In this document: piece after piece, positions 46,925 through 58,055 of the stretch
Position numbering within the stretch: the first letter of the stretch is position 1
How the letters are laid out: the number at the start of each line of letters is the position of its first letter
Assembly: GCA_003450735.1 (NCBI GenBank)
Contig: DMEZ01000037.1
Span: 2,263 to 66,262, forward strand
Direction of reading: 5' to 3'
Source: Elusimicrobiota bacterium
GTDB lineage: Bacteria; Elusimicrobiota; Elusimicrobia; UBA1565
Length of the DNA: 64,000 bases
The notes under the pieces: model-generated
What the model saw: only the letters and a program-made list of their open reading frames with translations
What the model was told of the DNA's origin: nothing
The model's database searches: none
Position numbers and translations under genes: made by a program

Positions 46925-49309
46925 ATGATATCATTGTCCGCGACCATGGCCGACATCAAGAGCCTCGACCTCGTCAAGAGCGTCTTCGAGCACCGCCTCA
47001 AGCAGTCCGACATGGACCGCATCCTCGCGGAGCTCTCCGAGACCGACCGCGACGAGCTCGTCGGCAAGATGGGCGACCTGCTCGACCGCGTCTCCGCCTT
47101 AGTCGAGGTGCACAACAAGGTCTCGGACACCCTGTCCCTGGACGTGATGCTGCCCCGCCTCATGGAGATCGTCACCGAGGCCCTGCACGCCGAGCGCAGC
47201 TCCCTCTTCCTCCACGACCCCGACACCCACGACCTCTACACCCGGGTGGCGCAGGGGGACTCCATCGGGGAGATCCGCTTCCCGAGCGAGCGCGGCATCG
47301 CGGGCGCCGTCTTCACGGCCGCCAAGTCCGAGATCATCCCCGACGCCTACGCGGACGAGCGCTTCAACCGCGAGGTGGACAAGAAGACCGGCTTCAAGAC
47401 CCGCGACATCCTCTGCGCGGTGATCCGCCGCCAGGGCCGCGCCATCGGGGTCACCCAGGTGCTCAACAAGAAGGAGGGCGCCTTCGACGAGGACGACCTG
47501 GCCGTGCTCGAGGCGCTCACCGCGCAGGCCGCCTCCGCCCTCGAGAACGCGCGCCTCTTCGAGAAGGTGCAGAAGGCCCGGGAGGAGGAGGCCCAGCTCC
47601 TCGAGATCACGAGCTCCATCGCCTCCGAGCTCAACCTGGACACGCTCCTGCGCAAGATCATCGCGGTGACCACCGACATGCTCGGCGCCGACCGCAGCAC
47701 CCTCTTCGTCTTCGACCCGAAGTCCGGCCAGCTCTGGTCGCGCGTGGCCGAGGGCCTGGGCACCAAGGAGATCCGCATCCCCTCCGGCGCCGGCATCGCG
47801 GGCGCCTGCTTCACCTCGGGCCAGCCCATCAATATCCCGGACGCCTACCAGGACCCCCGCTTCAACCCCGCCGTCGACAAGAAGACCGGCTACCTCACGC
47901 GCAGCATCCTCTGCATGCCCGTGGCCAACAAGGACGGGGAGAAGCGCGGCGTCCTCCAGGTGCTCAACAAGAAGGGCGGCCCCTTCGGGGAGAACGACGA
48001 GAAGCGGCTCAAGGCCTTCGCCGCGCAGGCCGCCATCGCGCTCGAGAACGCCCAGCTCTTCGAGTCCGTCGCCAAGGAGCGCAACTACAACGAGAGCATC
48101 CTCAAGAGCCTCAGCAACGGCGTGCTGACCCTGGACGCGGAGCGCAAGGTCACCAAGGTCAACGACGCCGCCGAGCGCATCCTCACCCTGCGCTCCGCCG
48201 AAGCCGTCGGCCGTCCCGTCGCCGAGCTCTTCGCGGGCCTCAAGAACGAGTGGCTGCTCGCGAGCCTGGAGAAGGTGGTGGCCAGCGGCCAGACGGACCT
48301 CTCGGTGGACGCCGAGCTCAAGCGCTCGGACGGCGCCGAGATCTCGGTCAACGCGGCGGCCGTCCCCCTGCGCGGCCTGAACGGCGAGGCCGTGGGCTTC
48401 ATGATCGTGCTCGAGGACATCACCTCCGAGAAGCGGGTCAAGAGCACGATGGCGCGCTACATGACCAAGGAGGTGGCCGACAAGCTGCTCGAGGGGGGCG
48501 ACGAGGCCTTGGGCGGCACGTCCCAGACCGCCACGGTGCTCTTCTCGGACATCCGCAAGTTCACCACGATCTCGGAGGCCCTGGGCGCGCGCGACACGGT
48601 GGTGATGCTCAACGCCTACTTCACCGAGATGATCGACGTGATCTTCCACCACAAGGGCATCCTCGACAAGTACATCGGCGACGCCATCATGGCGGTGTTC
48701 GGCGTCCCCTTCGCCGCCGAGAAGGACGCGGAGAACTCGGTCCTCGCGGCCAACGACATGATCCGGGCCCTGCGCAGGATCAACTCGGAGCGCGTACTTC
48801 TCGGCGTCCCCGAGATCCACATCGGCGTCGGGCTCAACACGGGCGACCTCATCTCCGGCAACATCGGCTCGCTCAAGCGCATGGACTACACGGTCATCGG
48901 CGACACCGTGAACCTGGCCTCGCGCCTCGAGGGGACGACCAAGTACTACGGCGCCGAGGTCGTCTTGAGCGAGTTCACCAAGGCCAGGCTCCCGGCCTCC
49001 TTCCGCCTGCGCGAGCTCGACCTCATCCGGGTGAAGGGCAAGAACAAGCCGGTCGCGGTCTACGAGGCCCTCGACCACAACGACGAGACGACCTTCCCGG
49101 AGATGGAGAAGGTCCTCGCCGCCTTCGAGAACGGCCTGCGCCTCTACCGGAGCCGCGACTGGCGCGGCGCCCTCGCCGCCTTCGAGGCCGCCCTCGCCGC
49201 GCGGCCGGAGGACGGCCCCTCCAAGCTCTACATCCAGCGCTGCTTCCTCTATCGGGACGCCCCGCCCCCCGAGGGCTGGGACGGCGTCCACGTCATGACG
49301 TCCAAGTAG
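46925..49309 (+). CDS. GAF-GAF-PAS-class III adenylate/guanylate cyclase
   Basis: Two GAF-like repeats (FPSERGIAGAVF... / IPSGAGIAGACF...). PAS-like region. C-terminal ATVLFSDIRKFT...IGDAIMAVFG...GDTVNLASRLE cyclase motifs. Start at 46925 or 46946. Confidence 0.85.
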   Translation: MISLSATMADIKSLDLVKSVFEHRLKQSDMDRILAELSETDRDELVGKMGDLLDRVSALVEVHNKVSDTLSLDVMLPRLMEIVTEALHAERSSLFLHDPDTHDLYTRVAQGDSIGEIRFPSERGIAGAVFTAAKSEIIPDAYADERFNREVDKKTGFKTRDILCAVIRRQGRAIGVTQVLNKKEGAFDEDDLAVLEALTAQAASALENARLFEKVQKAREEEAQLLEITSSIASELNLDTLLRKIIAVTTDMLGADRSTLFVFDPKSGQLWSRVAEGLGTKEIRIPSGAGIAGACFTSGQPINIPDAYQDPRFNPAVDKKTGYLTRSILCMPVANKDGEKRGVLQVLNKKGGPFGENDEKRLKAFAAQAAIALENAQLFESVAKERNYNESILKSLSNGVLTLDAERKVTKVNDAAERILTLRSAEAVGRPVAELFAGLKNEWLLASLEKVVASGQTDLSVDAELKRSDGAEISVNAAAVPLRGLNGEAVGFMIVLEDITSEKRVKSTMARYMTKEVADKLLEGGDEALGGTSQTATVLFSDIRKFTTISEALGARDTVVMLNAYFTEMIDVIFHHKGILDKYIGDAIMAVFGVPFAAEKDAENSVLAANDMIRALRRINSERVLLGVPEIHIGVGLNTGDLISGNIGSLKRMDYTVIGDTVNLASRLEGTTKYYGAEVVLSEFTKARLPASFRLRELDLIRVKGKNKPVAVYEALDHNDETTFPEMEKVLAAFENGLRLYRSRDWRGALAAFEAALAARPEDGPSKLYIQRCFLYRDAPPPEGWDGVHVMTSK

Positions 49310-49319
49310 GAGAACCCCC

Positions 49320-50831
49320 ATGGAAGACCGCTTCAAGCTCCTCGCGGAGCGCTTCGCCGAGATCGCCGACCTCAACGCCGCCTCCGCCGTCCTGCAGTGG
49401 GACCAGGAGACGTACATGCCCGTCCAGGGCTGCGCGGCCCGCTCCAACGCCCTGGCCACGATCCAGACGGAGGCGCACCGCCGCCTCGTCTCGGACGAGG
49501 TCGCGGGCCTGCTCGACGCGGTCGAGGGGTGGGCGCGGGCTCGCGGGGAGGACTCCTTCGAGGCCGCCTTCGTCCGGACGGCCCGCCGCGACCACGCCCG
49601 GGCCCGGAAGGTCCCGGGGGAGCTCGTCGCCGAGCTGGCCAGGACGACCTCCCTGGCGCTGGAGGCCTGGCAGGCCGCCCGCGCGCGCTCGGATTTCGCC
49701 GCGTTCGCCCCGCACCTCGAGAAGGTCGTCTCGCTCAACCGGCGCAAGGCCGAAGCGCTGGAAACCGGCGAGCGGCTCTACGACGCCCTGCTCGACGAGT
49801 ACGAGCCCGGCGCCAAAACCTCCGAGGTGGAGGCGGCCTTCCGCGTCCTGCGCGAGGGCCTCGTGCCCATCGTCCGGGAGGTGGTGGCGCGCGAGGGCGC
49901 GGTCTCGAGCGCCGTCCTGAACGCGGAGTGCGCGGAGGCCGAACAGTTCGAGCTCTGCAAGGAGGTCGTCGCGCGCCTGGGCTACGACTTCGAGCGGGGG
50001 CGGCTCGACCGCTCCGCCCACGCCTTCACCACCACCTTCTCGGTGGACGACGTGCGCATCACGACCCGGGTCAAGAAGGATTTCCTGCCCTCGGCCCTCT
50101 ACGCGGCCGTCCATGAGTGCGGCCACGCCCTCTACGCGCAGGGCATCGACAAGCGCTTCGAGCGCACCCCGCTCAACGACGGCGCCTCGCTGGGCGTGCA
50201 CGAGTCCCAGTCCCGCCTCTGGGAGAACCTGGTCGGCCGCGGGCGGCCCTTCTGCGCCTGGCTGCTCCCCCTGCTCCGGAAGCGCTTCCCGGACGCCTTC
50301 GGGCGCTGCTCGCAGGAGGAGTTCTACCGGGCGGTCAACAAGGCCGGCCCCTCGCTCATCCGCGTGGAGGCCGACGAGGTGACCTACAACCTCCACGTCC
50401 TCCTGCGCTTCGAGCTCGAGTCGGCCCTCGTGGAAGGGCGCCTCAAGGTCTCGGACGCCCCGGAGGCCTGGAACGCCAGGATGTCGGACACCGTCGGGAT
50501 CGCGCCCCCGGACGACGCGCGGGGCATCCTGCAGGACATCCACTGGGCGGCCGGCCTCATCGGCTACTTCCCGACCTACACCCTGGGCAACATCATGTCG
50601 GCGCAGTTCTACGCGAAGGCCCGCGAGGCTCTGCCGGAGCTCGAGGCCCAGCTGGCCCGGGGGGAGTTCGCCCCGCTCAAGGGCTGGCTGGGAGAGAAGC
50701 TCCACGTCCACGGCCGCAAAGTCTCGGCGGGCCGGCTGCTCCAGCGGGTCGTGAACGGGCCGCTGGACTCCAAGCCCTTCCTGGATTACCTCCAGCGGAA
50801 ATACGCGGAGCTCTACGGCTTTCAGCCGTAG
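49320..50831 (+). CDS. M32 carboxypeptidase (Taq-type)
   Basis: HECGHALY zinc motif, DIHWAAG and YFPTYTLGN signatures. Confidence 0.85.
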   Translation: MEDRFKLLAERFAEIADLNAASAVLQWDQETYMPVQGCAARSNALATIQTEAHRRLVSDEVAGLLDAVEGWARARGEDSFEAAFVRTARRDHARARKVPGELVAELARTTSLALEAWQAARARSDFAAFAPHLEKVVSLNRRKAEALETGERLYDALLDEYEPGAKTSEVEAAFRVLREGLVPIVREVVAREGAVSSAVLNAECAEAEQFELCKEVVARLGYDFERGRLDRSAHAFTTTFSVDDVRITTRVKKDFLPSALYAAVHECGHALYAQGIDKRFERTPLNDGASLGVHESQSRLWENLVGRGRPFCAWLLPLLRKRFPDAFGRCSQEEFYRAVNKAGPSLIRVEADEVTYNLHVLLRFELESALVEGRLKVSDAPEAWNARMSDTVGIAPPDDARGILQDIHWAAGLIGYFPTYTLGNIMSAQFYAKAREALPELEAQLARGEFAPLKGWLGEKLHVHGRKVSAGRLLQRVVNGPLDSKPFLDYLQRKYAELYGFQP

Positions 50832-50872
50832 AGCTCCGTTCCTCGGCCCTTCCGACGCCTCAGGGCTACGGG

Positions 50873-51358
50873 TTACTTGAAGTCGTCATCACAGTTCTTG
50901 CAGCCGGGGTAAGTGATCTTCCCATCGCAGCGCTCGAACAACACCGGATAGTTGGCATTATAGCGCGGAGCGATGCCGGCGTTCGCGGAAACGCGGGTCA
51001 GCTGGATGTTATAGCCCGGCTCGCCCGAGGGACAGCCGGAGCCCGAGCCCATCTGCACGCTGAAGAACTTCATCCCGAAGAAGCCCCCTGACGTGGTGCC
51101 TCCAGGGAAGGTGATATCCAGTTCTTGCAGAGCCGCGTTCGTCTTGGCGTAGTCGCCGTTGCGGGCCAGGTAGCGCTCCTGGGCCTGCTTGATCTGGGAG
51201 ATGAAGCTCTGGGCTTCCGCCACGCGGGCGCGCTCGACCACCTTGAAGTACTGCGGGATGGCGATGGACGCCAGGATGCCGATGATGAGCACGACCACGA
51301 GCAGCTCGATCAGGGTGAAGCCCCGCTCGCTGCGCACGACGGTCTTCTTCGCGTCCAT
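50873..51358 (-). CDS. Type IV pilin / pseudopilin with prepilin N-methylation motif
   Basis: MDAKKTVVRSERG|FTLIELLVVVLIIGILA. Confidence 0.8.
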   Translation of the reverse strand: MDAKKTVVRSERGFTLIELLVVVLIIGILASIAIPQYFKVVERARVAEAQSFISQIKQAQERYLARNGDYAKTNAALQELDITFPGGTTSGGFFGMKFFSVQMGSGSGCPSGEPGYNIQLTRVSANAGIAPRYNANYPVLFERCDGKITYPGCKNCDDDFK

Positions 51359-51465
51359 GGTTCTCCCTCCTTGGGATCTTCGAGGATAGTATAGGGGGTC
51401 CGCCTGAGTTCAGGCTGTCCGGAATCTGTGCATAATGTGAATTCATTACTATAATGCGCTCCGGC

Positions 51466-52144
<679 letters not shown>

Positions 52145-52152
<8 letters not shown>

Positions 52153-53401
52153 ACGGCGCGGCACCTATTTCGCGTTCCAGGGCCTCTTCATGGCCGTGCT
52201 GCTGCTCATCTTCCTCTACCACTACCGCGGCGACGAAGGCTGGATCCGGCGCTTCGCCCTCATCGTCGCCGTCCTGGTCTTCTCCCTCGGGCTCATCCGC
52301 TCTGTGTCGGCCGAGACCCTCTCCCGCGGCGTGTTCCAGACCGCCCTGTTCGTGGGCGACGCGGCGCTCGCCTCCCTCATCCTGCACTGGGCCCAGCCGC
52401 AGTCGGACCTCTACCTGCTCTATTTCATCGTCATCTTCGGCACGGCCCTGACCCGCAGCTGGGTCCAGAGCCTGGTCGTCGCCCTCCTCGCCTCCCTGCT
52501 CTACCTGGTCTCGGCCTGGTCGCCCTCGACCGGCTTCCCCTCGGAGACCGGCTTCTGGCTGCGCGTCCACCTCCTGTGGGTGTCCTCCGCGCTCATGGCC
52601 GTCCTGGCCCGCGACACGCGCGCGCTCCAGGGCGAGCAGGAGCGGCGCTACCTCGAGCACACCCTGCAGATGGAGCGCCTCGCCGCCCTGGGACAGGTGG
52701 CCGGCGAGGTGGCCCACCGCATCAAGGGCCCTCTGACCACCATCCTCGTCAACACCGAGGTGCTGACCCGGAAGGCCTCGCTCGCCTCCGACATGCAGCG
52801 GCAGGTGGACCGCATCCACGAAGAGGCCGGCCGCTGCAAGGAGATCCTCAAGGGCCTCCTCGACCTGGGCCGCATCGAGGAGATCTACTTCACCCTCATC
52901 GACCTGCGGGATGCGCTGCGCTCGGCCCTGAAGGCCGTCGAGCCCCGCCTGCAGAAGGCCGGCGTGCGCCTCCAGGCGCGCGGGCTCGAGCGCTCGGCCC
53001 GGGTGCTCGGCGACCAGTCCCTCCTGCACGAGGCGGTCGCGGCGCTCCTGCACAACGCCCTGGACGCCCTGCCCGAGGACGGGGGGAACGTGACCTTGAG
53101 CCTGCACGACAGCGAAACCGAGCCGTGGTGGCTGCGGCTCTGGAGCCGCCCGCACTACGACGTCGCGGTCGAAGACGACGGCAGGGGCATCGAATCCAAG
53201 GACATCGAGCGCATCTTCCAGCCCTTCTACACGACCAAGCGGGAGGGGAGCGGGATGGGTCTGCCCGCCGCCCTGCGCATCCTGCAGAAGCACGAGGGCG
53301 CCCTCTCAGCCCACAGCGACGGGCCGGGTCGGGGGGCCCGCTTCGTCCTCACCCTTCCGAAAGCGGGGAAGCCCGCCCGCTCACGCAAGCCTCAGGGCTG
53401 A
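52145..53401 (+). CDS. Membrane sensor histidine kinase (partner of the OmpR-type regulator)
   Basis: ATGA overlap with the regulator gene. VAHRIKGPL H-box. DDGRGIESKDIERIFQPFYTTK...GSGMGLP HATPase. Confidence 0.8.
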
Positions 53402-53425
53402 AGGCACATCAGCTATAATCTCCCT

Positions 53426-55147
53426 GTGGAGAAGGACGCGGGCGTCATCCTCGCCAAGACCGCCGGGTTCTGCCCCGGGGTCAAGAAGGCCATCGACCGC
53501 GTGCTCGAGCTCTCCCAGCAGGGCAAGCACCCCATCTTCACCCTCGGGCCCCTCATCCACAACGCCCAGGTCATCTCGATGCTCGAGGAGAAGGGCATCC
53601 ACGCCGTGAAGTCCCTCGCCGACATCCCCGCCAAGGAGGGCGTCATCGTCCTGCGCGCCCACGGCATCACCCCCGAGCTCGAGGCCGAGGTGCGCGCCTA
53701 CGGCATCGAGGTCATCGACGCCACCTGCCCGCTCGTCAAGAACGTCCACTCCGTCATCGAGAAGCACGTGGGGGAGGGCTTCACCACCGTCATCGTCGGC
53801 GACGCCGGCCACGCCGAGGTCGTGGGTCTGCAGGGCTACGCCGGCAAGGACGCCTTCGTCGTCTCCGGGCCCGAGGAGGCCGAGCAGCTGCCGCGCCTCG
53901 AGAAGGCCCTCGTGGTCGCCCAGACCACCCAGGAGGAGGACGTCTTCGAGGCGACGGCCGAAGTGGTGCGCCGCAAGGCCGGGACCGTCGTCGTCTCCAA
54001 CACCATCTGCAAGCCCACCCGCGACCGCCAGCGGGAGACCGTCGAGCTCGCCAAGAGCTCGGACCTCGTCGTCATCGTGGGAGGCAAGCACAGCGCGAAC
54101 ACGGCGCGCCTGGCCGCCCTCTGCCGGCGCCTGTGCCCCGACACCGTCCACATCGAGACGGAGGAGGAGCTGGACCTCGACGCCGTCCGCTCGGCGCGCA
54201 GCGTCGCCATCACGGCGGGCGCCTCGACGCCCAGCTGGATGACCGACCGGGTGCTCGGGCGCATCCGCGAGGCGCGCAAGACCGGCCTGCGGCCGGCCCT
54301 GCTCGACGCCGCGGGCCAGGCGCTCGAGCTCCTCATCAACTCCTGCCTCTACACCGCGTTCGGCGCGTTCTGCCTCACCTACGTCTGCATGCGCCTGCAG
54401 GGCTGCCGCCTGCAGTGGGAGCCCGCGGCCCTCTCCGGGCTCTTCGTGCTGAGCCTGCACCTCATCAACCGCATCGGGGAGCGCGGCGTCGGCACGCTCG
54501 AGAGCCGCAAGCTCGAGCTGCTCCAGAAGCACAAGCTCCCGCTCACCGCCTCGGCCCTCCTCTCGGGCCTGGCCGCGATGGGGCTCGCCTTCGCCCTCGA
54601 CCTGCGCACCTTCCTCGTCGTGGTCCTCTCCTGGGTGGTCGGCGCCCTCTACCCCTTCCGCTCCCTGTACAACCTCCAGGGCTTCCTGGACGTGCCCGGC
54701 TCCAAGGACTTCGCCACCGCGCTCGGCTGGGGCTTCGTGTGCGCGGTCGTCCCGGGCCTGCACCAGGGCATGGTCTTCTCCAAGGCGAACTACCTCGCCG
54801 TCCTCTTCGCGATCCTGCTCGTGTTCGTCCGCTCGGCGATGCTCGGCATCAGCGCGGTCCACAGCGACCTCATCGTCGGCAAGGAGAACTTCTACAAGGC
54901 TTTGGGCGAGCGGCGCACGCACGCCGTCCTGCTGGCCATCCAGGTGCTGCTCAGCCTCCTCCTCGTCGCCCTGCTCTCCATGCGCTGGAAGACCCCGCTC
55001 GTCGTCGCGCTCCTCCTCGCCAACCTCTACCCCATCGCCTGCCTGCTCTTCGGCTACTTCCGGCGCACCCTCAAGGGCTTCTGGGCCGAGACCCTCGTGG
55101 ACGGCCAGTTCCTCTTCTTCGCCCTGCTCGCCTGGCTCAGCCGCTGA
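53426..55147 (+). CDS. ispH: IspH/LytB fused to a C-terminal polytopic membrane domain
   Basis: N-terminal about 290 aa: AGFCPGVKKAIDRV, HNAQVI, ATCPLV, KHSANT (IspH Cys and His motifs). C-terminal about 280 aa with about eight hydrophobic helices. Single uninterrupted frame. Confidence 0.8.
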   Translation: MEKDAGVILAKTAGFCPGVKKAIDRVLELSQQGKHPIFTLGPLIHNAQVISMLEEKGIHAVKSLADIPAKEGVIVLRAHGITPELEAEVRAYGIEVIDATCPLVKNVHSVIEKHVGEGFTTVIVGDAGHAEVVGLQGYAGKDAFVVSGPEEAEQLPRLEKALVVAQTTQEEDVFEATAEVVRRKAGTVVVSNTICKPTRDRQRETVELAKSSDLVVIVGGKHSANTARLAALCRRLCPDTVHIETEEELDLDAVRSARSVAITAGASTPSWMTDRVLGRIREARKTGLRPALLDAAGQALELLINSCLYTAFGAFCLTYVCMRLQGCRLQWEPAALSGLFVLSLHLINRIGERGVGTLESRKLELLQKHKLPLTASALLSGLAAMGLAFALDLRTFLVVVLSWVVGALYPFRSLYNLQGFLDVPGSKDFATALGWGFVCAVVPGLHQGMVFSKANYLAVLFAILLVFVRSAMLGISAVHSDLIVGKENFYKALGERRTHAVLLAIQVLLSLLLVALLSMRWKTPLVVALLLANLYPIACLLFGYFRRTLKGFWAETLVDGQFLFFALLAWLSR

Positions 55148-55309
55148 AGGCTTTGCTATACTCTCCCTTACGGGAGCGTTGAAGGACCGTTTTGGGCGAC
55201 GCGCCCGGTGCAGGCGGGTCTCCGCACGGCGTGCTACGCGGTCCGCCCCAACCGGGATTCCGCTTCGATTCGGCTCCCCAATCCAAGCAAGAGAATCGAG
55301 GAGGGTCCA

Positions 55310-56674
55310 ATGCCGACCTCTACCCGCAAGAACGTCATCATCATGGGCGCCGCCGGACGCGACTTCCATGACTTCAACGTGTTCTGGAAGCGCCAGCCGG
55401 AGTACCGGGTGGTCGCCTTCACGGCCGCCCAGATCCCGGACATCGCCGGCCGGGTCTACCCGCGCGAGCTCGCCGGCCCGGCGTACCCCAAGGGCATCCC
55501 CATCGAGGCCGAGAGCGAGGTCTCGGAGCTCATCCGCCGGCACGACGTGAAGGAAGTCTCGCTCGCCTACTCCGACCTCAACCACATCGACGTCATGCAC
55601 AAGGCGTCCATCGTCAACGCCGCGGGCGCCGACTTCCGCCTGATGGGCTGGCGGCAGACCATGGTGGCCTCCCGGAAGCCCGTCATCGCGGTCTGCGCGG
55701 TCCGCACCGGCTGCGGCAAGAGCCAGACGACCCGCAAGGTCTGCGAGATCCTCAAGACCCTGGGCAAGACCATCGCCGTCATCCGCCACCCGATGCCCTA
55801 CGGCGACCTCAAGAAGCAGATCTGCCAGCGCTTCGCCACCCTCGACGACCTCGACCTCCACAAGTGCACCATCGAGGAGCGCGAGGAGTACGAGCCGCAC
55901 ATCATGGCGGGCAACGTGGTCTACGCCGGCGTGGATTACGAGCGCATCCTGCGCAGCGCCGAAGCCGAGGCCGACGTGATCGTCTGGGACGGCGGCAACA
56001 ACGACCTGCCCTTCTACAAGCCGGACCTGCACATCACCGTGACCGACCCGCACCGGGCCGGCCACGAGATGACCTACTACCCCGGCGAGACGAACCTGCG
56101 CATGGCGGACATGATCATCGTCAACAAGGTGGACACCGCCCTACGGGAAAGCGTCGAGCTGGTCGAAGCCAACGTCCGTCTGGCCAACCCGCGCGCCCTC
56201 ATCCTCCGCGCGGAGTCCCCGGTCACGGTGGACGAGCCCGAGGCCGTCAAGGGCAAGCGGGTGCTCGTCGTCGAGGACGGGCCGACCCTGACCCACGGCG
56301 AGATGGCCTACGGCGCCGGCCACGTGGCCGCGCGGCAGGCCGGGGCCCGCAAGATCGTGGACCCGCGCCCCTACGCGGTGGGCTCCATCAAGAGGACCTT
56401 CGAGCGCTACCGGCACATCAAGGAGATCCTCCCGGCCATGGGCTACGGCGACCGGCAGATGGCGGAGCTCCGGCAGACCATCAACGCCACGCCCTGCGAC
56501 ACGGTCATCATCGGCACGCCCATCGACCTCTCCCGCATGCTGAAGTTCAACAAGCACTCCGTGCGCGTGCGCTACGAGCTCAAGGAGAAGCAGCCCAGCC
56601 TCCTGCGCGGCCGCATCGTCGCGGCGGTGGGGGGGCGCTCCTGCTCCTCCCGCAAGGCCCTGGCGCGCTGCTAG
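55310..56674 (+). CDS. P-loop GTPase-like protein (G1 GCGKS, G3 DGGNN, G4 NKVD), possibly cyclic 2,3-diphosphoglycerate-synthetase-like
   Basis: GGAGG RBS before ATG 55310. GTPase-type motifs read directly. Family assignment is tentative. Confidence 0.55.
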   Translation: MPTSTRKNVIIMGAAGRDFHDFNVFWKRQPEYRVVAFTAAQIPDIAGRVYPRELAGPAYPKGIPIEAESEVSELIRRHDVKEVSLAYSDLNHIDVMHKASIVNAAGADFRLMGWRQTMVASRKPVIAVCAVRTGCGKSQTTRKVCEILKTLGKTIAVIRHPMPYGDLKKQICQRFATLDDLDLHKCTIEEREEYEPHIMAGNVVYAGVDYERILRSAEAEADVIVWDGGNNDLPFYKPDLHITVTDPHRAGHEMTYYPGETNLRMADMIIVNKVDTALRESVELVEANVRLANPRALILRAESPVTVDEPEAVKGKRVLVVEDGPTLTHGEMAYGAGHVAARQAGARKIVDPRPYAVGSIKRTFERYRHIKEILPAMGYGDRQMAELRQTINATPCDTVIIGTPIDLSRMLKFNKHSVRVRYELKEKQPSLLRGRIVAAVGGRSCSSRKALARC

Positions 56675-56770
56675 GAGCCTGGAGCCAAGGCCCTACCGCC
56701 GGTCGGATACGGCGGGGGGCCCTGATTTTGGTAAGATTCAAGCCACAGACCCGCGCAGGAGGAACCGTCC

Positions 56771-57997
56771 ATGACCACCACGGCCGCCGCCCCCCAGACC
56801 GAATCCCAGAAGCTCATCGAGCTCGGCGACAAGTTCGGAGCCCACAACTATCATCCCCTTCCCATCGTCATCTCCAAGGCGAAGGGCGTCTGGGTGTACG
56901 ACCCCGAGGGCAACAAGTACATGGACATGCTGAGCGCCTACAGCGCGCTCAACCACGGCCACCTGCACCCGAAGGTCCTCAAGGCCCTGGCCGAGCAGGC
57001 CAGGAAGGTCACCCTCACCTCCCGGGCCTTCCACAACGACCAGCTCGGCTTCCTCTACAAGGAGCTCAGCGAGCTCTCGGGCTACGAGGTGTCCTTGCCC
57101 ATGAACAGCGGCGCCGAGGCCGTCGAGACGGCCGTCAAGACCGCCCGCAAGTGGGCCTGCCTGAAGAAGGGCTTCGCTCAGGACCGCGCCGAGATCATCG
57201 TCTGCGCCAACAACTTCCACGGCCGCACCGTCACCATCGTCAGCTTCTCCACCGACGAGCAGTACCGCCGCGACTTCGGCCCCTTCACGCCCGGCTTCAA
57301 GGTCATCCCCTACGGCGACGCCGACGCCCTGAAGAAGGCCATCACCCCGAACACCTGCGCCTTCCTCGTCGAGCCCATCCAGTGCGAGGCGGGCATCCTC
57401 ATCCCGCCGCCGGGCTACCTCAAGGCCGTGCGCGAGATCTGCTCGAAGGCCGGCATCCTGCTGATGTTCGACGAGATCCAGACCGGCCTGGGCCGCACGG
57501 GCAAGATATTCTGCTGGCAGCACGAGGACGCCCGGCCCGACGTCCTCATCCTCGGCAAGGCCCTGGGCGGCGGGATCCTGCCCATCTCGGCCGTGCTGGC
57601 GAACAAGGAGGTCCTCGGCGTCTTCAAGCCCGGCGACCACGGCAGCACCTTCGGCGGCAACCCGCTCGCCTGCGCGGTGGCCCGCGCCGCCCTGAAGTCC
57701 ATGATCGAGGAGGGCCTCATCGAGCGCTCCCACGAGCTCGGCGAGTACCTGATCGGCCGCTTCTGCGACCTCAAGAGCCCCTACATCAAGGAAGTCCGCG
57801 GGCGCGGCCTGCTCATCGGCATCGAGCTCAAGCCCTCCGCGGGCGGCGCGCGCCGCTTCTGCGAGGCCCTCATGAAGGAAGGGATGCTCTGCAAGGAGAC
57901 CCACGAGCACGTCATCCGCCTGGCCCCGCCGCTCGTCATCACCAAGAAGGAGCTGGACTGGGCCTTCGAGCGTCTGCGCAAGGTCCTCTCCGAGTAA
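56771..57997 (+). CDS. rocD: Ornithine aminotransferase (class III PLP aminotransferase)
   Basis: Near full-length similarity to OAT: YHPLPIV...AYSALNHGH...[15 protein letters not shown]...LGKALGGG. Confidence 0.9.
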   Translation: MTTTAAAPQTESQKLIELGDKFGAHNYHPLPIVISKAKGVWVYDPEGNKYMDMLSAYSALNHGHLHPKVLKALAEQARKVTLTSRAFHNDQLGFLYKELSELSGYEVSLPMNSGAEAVETAVKTARKWACLKKGFAQDRAEIIVCANNFHGRTVTIVSFSTDEQYRRDFGPFTPGFKVIPYGDADALKKAITPNTCAFLVEPIQCEAGILIPPPGYLKAVREICSKAGILLMFDEIQTGLGRTGKIFCWQHEDARPDVLILGKALGGGILPISAVLANKEVLGVFKPGDHGSTFGGNPLACAVARAALKSMIEEGLIERSHELGEYLIGRFCDLKSPYIKEVRGRGLLIGIELKPSAGGARRFCEALMKEGMLCKETHEHVIRLAPPLVITKKELDWAFERLRKVLSE

Positions 57998-58055
57998 GGG
58001 CCCAGCCACGGACGAAGCCCGAGCGGCGGCCGACCGGGAAAAGCGCCAAGTCGCG

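Noticed and set aside
46037-49920. 1090-aa ORF start at 46037, 1003-aa ORF 46909-49920, 882-aa ORF 47099-49747 -
   Set aside because: The upstream 296 aa of the first ORF are junk overlapping the divergent membrane-protein gene, so the cyclase starts at about 46925. The others are shifted-frame or antisense R/G/P-rich reads.
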